A DNA stretch of 37,905 bases, from positions 490,127 through 528,031 of the forward strand of contig NW_005434617.1 in NCBI RefSeq assembly GCF_000315625.1, given 5' to 3'. Under the pieces are notes generated by a model. It did no database searches. It worked only from the letters and a program-made list of their open reading frames with translations, and was not told the origin of the DNA. This document shows positions 30,463 through 37,905 of the stretch, in pieces; position 1 is the first letter of the stretch, and each line of letters starts with the position of its first letter. Position numbers and translations under genes: made by a program. Origin of the DNA: Guillardia theta CCMP2712. Taxonomy: Eukaryota; Protista; Cryptophyta.

Positions 30463-33400
30463 TTATCGTCCTTGATAGAAATGGCTCCACTCTCGAGGAG
30501 CGCCTGATGGAGGCTGAGCTTGAGCAGGAAAACCTCCTTCCCTCATCGCCTGCTGCGCCATGGCATGCTGTGCGCGAGCCTGTTTGCGATCGGACTTCAG
30601 GGCGGTCGGTTCATCATGCGTCATTGATCATCGTCACCTGCTGAAGCAAAGCCTCTGCAGAGCTGGTAGGTCCGCCCTGAGGAGAAGGGCCGGGACGGTG
30701 GCTTCCAGGATCCTGCACGAAAGTCAGATCGTTGGACAAGTCAAGCAAGAGAAAACCAAGGAAGCACGGCTCAGCATCTCGGTGGCTGGGTCAAGACCAG
30801 GAGGAGCTCCTGCACCTCGTCTTCGCAAAGACCCAAGAGGCCCTGTTGAGTGAAGCATCTGCTGGAAGTCAGGAACCCCACAGCTACTTCATATCAGCAC
30901 ACGTCGTAGTAAGAGCTTGCTCCTCCGTACATTGCCTCCCACCCTCTGCAATACTGTCAGGCCAATCGCTCCGTGTGCCAGCTGCCATCACCCTGCTCTG
31001 CTCGTCATTCCTGCCCAGAGATCTCCCTCAACTGCTCCCGCAAGGCGCTCTACAGGTCCCTTTGCAACAAGTCGTCAGATGTCTTCGGTCTCGTCCTCTC
31101 TGGGTTTGCGCCCTACCTGGGCACCAGCTGGACGCATCTGCCCAGTCACATCGTCTCGTACCATCCCAGCTGAGTCTGACGCAGCATCGATCCTTGACTG
31201 AGCAGCGGCAGCAAGTATCTCTAGAAAGCACATCAGATTTTCTCCTGAATCCACGCCTCCACCACTGCCCCATCCCCCCTCCTTGCCCTCTTCGTCCAAT
31301 CCTATGGTCAACCTGGTCGAGATTGATTGATCCACGGAGGAAATGCCGGCCTTCCACCCGGCGTGTTTGTCAATGCAGCAGCAGCAGCAGCAGCAGCAGG
31401 GTTCGAAAATCCCACCCCTAGATGCATGGAGAGTGAGGAGGTCTTCTTGGTTGCAGCACACAGCACCTGGCTGGCTCCTGCCCGGGCGAGGACCGAATCC
31501 AGGGATTCCCAGGCCCTCGAACTCATCATCGGATCCCCATCCTGGAGGTGAGAAATCTGGCTCTCCTGCTTTCCCGATCAGTGGTAGGACAAATCAAGTT
31601 TTTCCTACCAGGCATGGCAGCCGCTGAACACTGCTGATCTCCTGCCTCCCTCCTGGTTTCCTATGTTCATGTCAGAGGCAAGTTCACCGCACGAATGCTT
31701 CACCTGGGCTCCTGTCACGATGTCTGTTTTGCAGACGGGACAATGTCTGTCGCGCTTCAGCCAATCGTCGACACAATCCTTTAGCGGAAATTCAGATACA
31801 GTGACAAGCTGACAAACGCCAGACCTTGTGGAACATGTGCAGACAAGGAAGTCTCCTGCAGGCGTCGCCTTGCTCAAGCTCACAAAGACACACTGGGCAG
31901 CGAGCCTAATAGTGAGGAAATCAAGATCCACCCTCCTCATCACCGTGTGCTTACGAGAGTGGGGTCCCTCTGCAAATTTGCTCCTGCCTCGGATGTTGGG
32001 CTTGGAGGGTGGTACTCAAAAGTGAAGGAATTCTTTGACAAGCATGAGAGGAATACAACAACACATAAAGAAAACCTGCTCAATTGTGGTCACGGGGACT
32101 CCTCTGCTTACATTTCCAATTCTCTCCTGCAAAGCTAACAGGAAAAGTAAGAGATTCATGGAGCATTCTCAGGGAATTACCTGACAATTCTTCATAAGAA
32201 GGTTCCTCCGATCCTATTGCTGCTCCAAGCATGCCCTTCGCTACCTTTAGATTTATGTAGCGAACCTGTGGAAAAGCACCTGAACATGCGGCGGCATTCG
32301 CCCCAGTCCTGCTCCTCCGTATTCGAGAGATTGTTCTCGCAACGCCTGGCGTCATACTCAGTATACACGAAATTCAAGACAAAAGTTGTCAACCTCTTCA
32401 CGGAGTGTCATTGGCATATCTGATCGCATATCGAAAGGCTGAAAGCCAGGGCCTGGCAATCGAAAAGAGCATGAGGAATTTCAAGATGTCAAATGTCAAA
32501 ACATTACACCACCTGATGAGAAATCATCCATGAGCCTCTGGAAATGTCTTGTCAATACGAGAACAGATCGACTGGTAGTACATCACCTGAACGGGCCCCT
32601 GAGCATGGGACGGTCGCATCTGCCCGGTGATCTCATCTTGCACCATCGACGATCCAGATGTTGTCTCTTGAGTCTGCCGCGTCTCCGGAGATCCCTGGGT
32701 CGCTTCACCTTGTCCGGAGGAGGGTTGGCCTTGCTGGTTCTGACGTCTCCTCAATTCTTCCACCTTTTCCAATTTTCAAATTCGCTTTGTAAATCATGTC
32801 TCACTCACCTGTTGTCTATGAATTCTCTCTTCATCATCCGATCTGATTCAAATCAGAAAAAATTCACTTTTGGTCAATCCCAACCTCCTAGCATTCCGAG
32901 GATCCCAGTTGCTCGGCATTCCATCGCCATCATCGTCTACATTTCCAAAGGGATTCCGATTTCTCGGCGGACCTGTGCAAGTGAGAATTTGAACATTTAC
33001 TTTTCAAAATGAAACCTTGTCCTGCTCCCATAAAGGCAGGTGGAAAGTCACCAGCCTGGAATACTGTCAAAACGATACAAAGATAATTCAAGTTCTTCAC
33101 CATGTTGCCTCCAATGGCAGGAAATCCTGCTGAGGATGGAACTGCAACAAGGCATCAGAGCCAGCAACTTGTTTCTAACAAGATCACTTGGATCAAAGGA
33201 GGATGGGCCTGGAAATCCATGGAATCCTCCATGTTGTTCTCCCATTGCCTCGTACAACAGTTCCAGCTAATTTGCAGCATGTAAGGAAATCGTGTTAATG
33301 AGGACGAGGAGACCTCACCTGGGAAGGTGTGAGAGCCTGGCGAACGGCATCCGGAACCATCGGTCTGTTCATGCCTGATGGAAGAGTAGAAGTGTGATAA

Positions 33401-34050
33401 AACGGAAGCGTTCAAGAGCATATTCAACCAGCTGGCCTGGCTGAAGATGATTGACGTTGACCATCCGATGTCGTATTGGTGCGTGGTGCGCTTCTTTGGC
33501 TGTCATTGGTTGGAGCACTTGTTGGAGGTACAGTGGACTGAAGCAGCGGTTGAGCTAAACGTGAGTGAAAAAACCACAGACCGTATCAACGTTGCTCAAG
33601 TCTGCAGGAGCTTGTGGGGATAGACCTTCGGGGTGTCTGATGACCGTCTGCGTTCAAACACGTCAGCCTCGAATTACGATGGAGGAACATGATTCCTCTG
33701 CCGTCGAGCTGGCGTCTACCTCACTTTCAGCAGGTGCAGCAGGTGCTGATTCAATGCGTAAACGTCTACAGAATTCCAAGGGAAAGCTCTGGTTTGGCGT
33801 ACCTGGTTCACGGCGATTGCCTTGCTGCTGATATCGTTCTCGCATCATCGCCTGATATTCTTTGAACTGCAATTCCTGGGATAACAACCACTTGCTCAAC
33901 ACCGGATGAGCAAACTCAACTCAAGCCAACGTACCTGGTCGCTTGCAGCCCCGCTCGGAGCCGCATCGGGCGTGATCTCACTTGTGTCCGTTGGTGGATC
34001 GGAGGTTTGTGAAACAGCTTGAGCTGAAAAATGTTCAATGAATAGGCATG
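30463..34050 (-). CDS. RING-H2 E3 ubiquitin ligase with long low-complexity flanks, multi-exon
   Basis: …EEPSYE|.LLALQERIGNVSRGV… followed by CPVCLCELEQGDACRRLPCLHMFHK|DCVDDWLKRDRHCPVCK (C3H2C3, ~31730-31900). Open exons continue downstream to …WSHFYQGR* (30463). Start approximate. Confidence 0.8.
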
Positions 34051-34611
34051 TGTAAAATGGAACGCTAACCTGCCCATCTTTTACGTGCTTCTTCTCTTAA
34101 CTTTTCGTCCATTGCTTGAAACTGAAGTTGCTCGATGCAATAGTTTGGATCCGAATGAAGTAGTTTGTTGGTTGCAAGTTCTGCACGAGAATTGTTTGAT
34201 CAATCAAAATATCTTCAAATGATGACACTAGCTAAATTCCTATCGTTCTCTAGCATTTATCGCATTAGAAATCTTTTCAATTTGTTTTAGCTCATCGTTC
34301 AGTGCCTATGTGAAAATTGCATTTGGAACCAAGTTTGACTCTCCTTGGTTGCATGTTTTGCAGGTGTGTGTATCCTATTCGAAATTTTGGGGACTTGTAG
34401 AGAGGTGGGTTGCGAGTTATGGTTGGTCTTAGCAGATCTTTTGGATGTGAGGGAGATGAGATGCGCATGCATTCGTCTGTGTTCACTTGGCTCAGTCTGG
34501 TCTCTTCTTGTTGCTTTGCAGACCTCTGCTTTCTCAAGGATCTGTCAATTCCGGTACTATTATTCTTGGGCGTCGTCCCATGTGGCCAAATTGCTGACCA
34601 TACCTAATAAA

Positions 34612-35627
34612 ATGACCTGGTAAAATTGAAATTTACTCAAAAATATTATTTCAAAATTCAGAAACGCTCTCATTTTGTTATCCCTGCCGGAAAGTTTAAT
34701 TGCGAACAGCCTGTCTCAAGACTAGCTTTCTGGCTGGGTGTCGTCGTTATTTCTTTTTGCTCTTTCAAACCTGCCTCAGAGTGTCACGGCATTGCGACTA
34801 GAGGGAAAGAACATCACAATGATGCCAGTGGGGACATGGTGGCACAGGGCGGGATTTTTCGCAGTTTTATGCAGGTAAGATATTTTCAGTGCCATGCATG
34901 TGAAAATAGATACATGATAGTGATGTTTGTCAGAAACGACCCTGTTCTTGGCATTAATGTTTGGGACAATTGGGATCGTGAATATTTTGGTGCTGTTTTA
35001 AGTGACATCTTCTATGACAGCTTTAGCCTATGCGAAGACCTGCTTATTCCAGAGCGGCCATTGGATCGTCAAGAAATTCGTTTGGGAGAGAAGAAGATTT
35101 ACAGATTGGAGCAATTGAGAAGCTTGTCATCATACGAAGTTAAAATTTCGTATCCAGCTACGGTGAGCCATAGCTTCTTGTTTGGATTTTGTGTTTACTT
35201 GATCGATCTTAAAAGTGATTTTCAATCCTGACTTTTCTCCTTCAAGTTTCCGGTGTCGTTCTACATTGAGCTGGTGGACGACGAACGATCACAAGTTCGC
35301 ACGGGGAGGAGGTTGCTAAACACAGAAAAGCTTGAGTTTTCAACACCAGAAAATGTCGAAGAATTTTCTCAGCATTCAAGGATTGCAATTGAGGTTGACT
35401 GGCACGGGATCACGTGGAAGCAGAATGTAACGCTAGGCCAAATCGTTTACAATATCCATCTTGGAAGAGTTTTCAATGGGGTCCCAATTGAGAGCTTTCC
35501 TCACATTGCAGCTGTTCTTGCATTGGTTTGTTTCTTTGTGTTGGCTACCCTTCGTAATGAGCTAACATGGCCGTTTTCTTTCTTGATATCGAATGCCCGA
35601 GATGAAAATTTCAAAAGGCAAGATTGA
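34612..35627 (+). CDS. Single-pass membrane protein with signal peptide, Pga1-like (GPI mannosyltransferase II co-activator-like) family
   Basis: YRLEQLRSLSSYEVKISYPAT|FPVSFYIEL…RRLLNTEKLEF…IVYNI…GVP plus a C-terminal TM helix, matching a conserved plant-type uncharacterised family from memory. The Pga1 link and the start codon are inferred. Confidence 0.55.
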
Positions 35628-35698
35628 TGGCAGTCCCGAGAGTTTCGCAAACTTGAATTATCAGTTCATTGTTCGTTTGCCCCTCTGTTGATCCTCTC

Positions 35699-37487
35699 TT
35701 ATCTTGGAACCAAGTTTTCAATATCCACTATTTCTTCCGAGCTTTCTTCATGAATTTTGCAGTTGAGTTTTGAAGGGCATTTTTCTACAAGAATGTCAGA
35801 TTCCGCTAAATCAGCAATTGAAAAAGATGCAACTTACGGCAATCGCCCTGAGCCGGACAATTTGCTTCAATGTAGTCTACTACAGCAATAGGAGTTGCTG
35901 CTTCCTTCAACAAATTACAAGGAAGAGGAAAATTCCCGAGTAACTGAAAGAGTATCATTTTTTGGTCATAACTTCTGATAAACAGGATATTCAGGACCTG
36001 CGAAATCTCTTTGATGAAAGAGCTAACAATGCTTTCGGACGGGATATCCCGGCGTGTTTCAAAGTATCTGTGGAGATCTTCATCCCTCGATGGAGGATGC
36101 GAGATTGCACAGACCTAAGCAAATTGAGGTATCAGCTGACATTCTCACGGCAGATTGAATCACTTTTTGAGACACATGCAAGACCATGCGTAGAAGCCTC
36201 TCCTTGTGTTTTGAGTTGCATGTTTCAGATGTTTCGCAATGGTCAATGGCGGCAAATAGTTGCTGCAATTCAAATAGAAATCAAACAAGCAAGATCGTCA
36301 TTGATAATGAATGGACCGGACCTTCTTCGCTTCTTCGCTTATGGTCTCAGGCAAAGCAGACGTTATTACTTCCTTTAGCCTCCCCTTCCTTGAGAGTTCC
36401 ACCACGTCCTCGCGTCCTCCCAGCAACTTTCCTGCCACGAAAAGCATTGGTAGAGATGGACAATCAAATTCCTGAGACCAGAAAAGGTTCGTAAACAAGG
36501 TGGAAAAAACTTGGAGACAAAAGAAAATAAACGAACAAAACAACACCTTCTTGAATGCATTGATTAAGCTGATTAAAGCATGTCAATCATGAAAATGAAT
36601 AACATGAACACACCTTTCGTTGTTCCTTACATTCAGAAATTCGCACGCAATGCTCAGAGACTACGAATTCAACAATTCAAATTGATTGATCGAAGAGAGT
36701 TCCATTCACCTTGAGGGCCTTCATGATTTCAGTGCTAAAAGCATTGTCCGAGGTCTCTTTTTGGTCGTTCAAAACCAATACAATCAGCTCCTTCTCAACA
36801 AAGCTCCGTGCAAAAGTCCTCTGAATGTGATCATCGTCCCTCGATTCCCTGAAGATTCTTCATCCAAAACAGTCTGGTTTTAAGTTTTCTTACAGTGATA
36901 GCTGCTGAATACTGTTGGACCTTATTCCTAACAAATCAACGTCATTGATGCTCACAAGTAGATTACCATTCTGACCAGACTGTGCTTTAGATTGAGCCTC
37001 AGAGATTAATCCATCTACAAATTGCGCTTGAGCTACATACCCGCAGCTAGTTGCTATATTCTTGCTCTACATCATATTTCAGCTTCATCAGCACGTTGTT
37101 TGAATCAAATGTCACAGAGTGAAATATGGAGATCGCGTCGTCAAATCTTTGCAGGGACATAAGAGCAAATCCTTTGCCCAGTAGTATCTCTCCTTCCCTC
37201 TGGCTGTTAGTATACCAGAGGTCATATTTCAACCTTTTCTTGACAAAGCTCACATGTCACGCTGTTCCCTGGTGATTTGCAAAGCCTTGTTGTAACAGTC
37301 AATTGCAAAGTTCGTTTCTCCATTCTGCCAACTAATGATAATCAGTTGTCAAATTAATCTTAGGAAATGCAAATACGCGGTCTCTGCTTGGTTCAGTATG
37401 GACTGAAGATCTTCTGGATGACTTTATAGAACAGAGTAAGCTTCTTTAATATGAACATTCTCATCTTTCTTACCTATCATCTGACAT
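35699..37487 (-). CDS. TPR - glutaredoxin-like - Cys-rich tail protein, multi-exon
   Basis: ATG 37487 (MSDD|…); TPR helices FAIDCYNKALQITRE, EGEILLGKGFALMSLQRFDDAISIF; Grx fold IVLVLNDQKETSDNAFSTEIMKALK … SLPMLFVAGKLLGGREDVVELSRKGRLKE; tail CPAQGDC|QKCPSKLNC…VDIENLVPR*. Confidence 0.7.
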
Positions 37488-37568
37488 TCTCGTCAAAAAT
37501 CCTTCAGACCTTACGTTATGGCCAAAACATTTCCGCCCCCTTCACTGGATTTTATGGCCGCCTATAAA

Positions 37569-37625
37569 CCTCTAAACCCTAAACCTTCGGACGCATACCC
37601 AAGTTTAGGGTTTAGGGTTTAGAGG
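37569..37625. repeat. 17-bp perfect inverted repeat made of telomeric units (CCTCTAAACCCTAAACC … GGTTTAGGGTTTAGAGG)
   Basis: Arms 37569-37585 and 37609-37625, with a 23-nt spacer. Confidence 0.9.
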
Positions 37626-37767
37626 AAGGTGAAATGAGATGGACAAGGGCCAAGCAAGAAGGAAAGATCGCAGCGGCCGGCCGGGCTCTCGGGCCCCAAT
37701 CCGGACCGAGGTCCGGACTCCGGAAGGAGTCGAGAGGAACGCGAGTCCCAGGGGGCTTCGGCCTGGT

Positions 37768-37902
37768 GTTTAGTGTTTAGGGTTTAGGGTTTAGTAATGA
37801 GGGTTTATGGTTTAAGGTTTGTGGTTTAGAGCTAAGGGTTTAGGGTTTAGGGTTTAGGGTTTAGGGTTTAGGGTTTAGGGTTTAGGGTTAGGGTTAGGTT
37901 AG
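37768..37902 (+). repeat. Telomeric repeat array (TTTAGGG)n, degenerate proximally
   Basis: Variant units 37768-37838, 7 perfect TTTAGGG 37839-37887, then TTAGGG/TTAGG; G-rich strand points toward the window end. Confidence 0.9.
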
Positions 37903-37905
37903 ATC

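Noticed and set aside
30507-31551. Plus-strand gene suggested by ORFs 30426-31551
   Set aside because: The minus strand has consistent GT-AG exons and a second copy of the RING protein's TGQMRP motif, so the plus ORFs are probably antisense shadows.
37572-37585. CTAAACCCTAAACC as a telomerase RNA template
   Set aside because: It is one arm of an inverted repeat beside the telomere; no supporting promoter or structural elements can be shown from sequence alone.

Overview
Eukaryotic, intron-dense nuclear DNA (short GT-AG introns, many microsatellites) that ends in TTTAGGG telomeric repeats oriented as a right chromosome end. The bipartite signal-peptide + ASAF plastid leader and the gene style point to an alga with a complex red plastid, most consistent with a cryptophyte such as Guillardia (inference). 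The centrepiece is an intact, very young 8.6-kb Ty1/copia LTR retrotransposon (8782-17337, minus strand) with identical LTRs, a GGGAG target-site duplication and one 2035-aa Gag-PR-IN-RT-RNaseH ORF. It has several odd traits: no tRNA primer-binding site but a perfect 24-bp palindrome in its place; a 3' LTR lacking the terminal CA; an RGG-rich Gag without a zinc knuckle; and two putative Tudor-like domains after integrase. Host genes include a PDZ/coiled-coil protein, a GT8 (galactinol synthase/glycogenin-like) glycosyltransferase, a secreted-type SAM methyltransferase-like protein, a TPR protein, a 4xCX9C mitochondrial protein, a plastid DUF3067 protein, a beta-helix protein, a RING-H2 ligase, a Pga1-like membrane protein and a telomere-adjacent TPR-glutaredoxin-Cys protein. 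Three unrelated genes share a leader of hydrophobic signal + ubiquitin-tail-like L(R/S)LRGG. Exon structures were assembled by eye, so gene ends are approximate.
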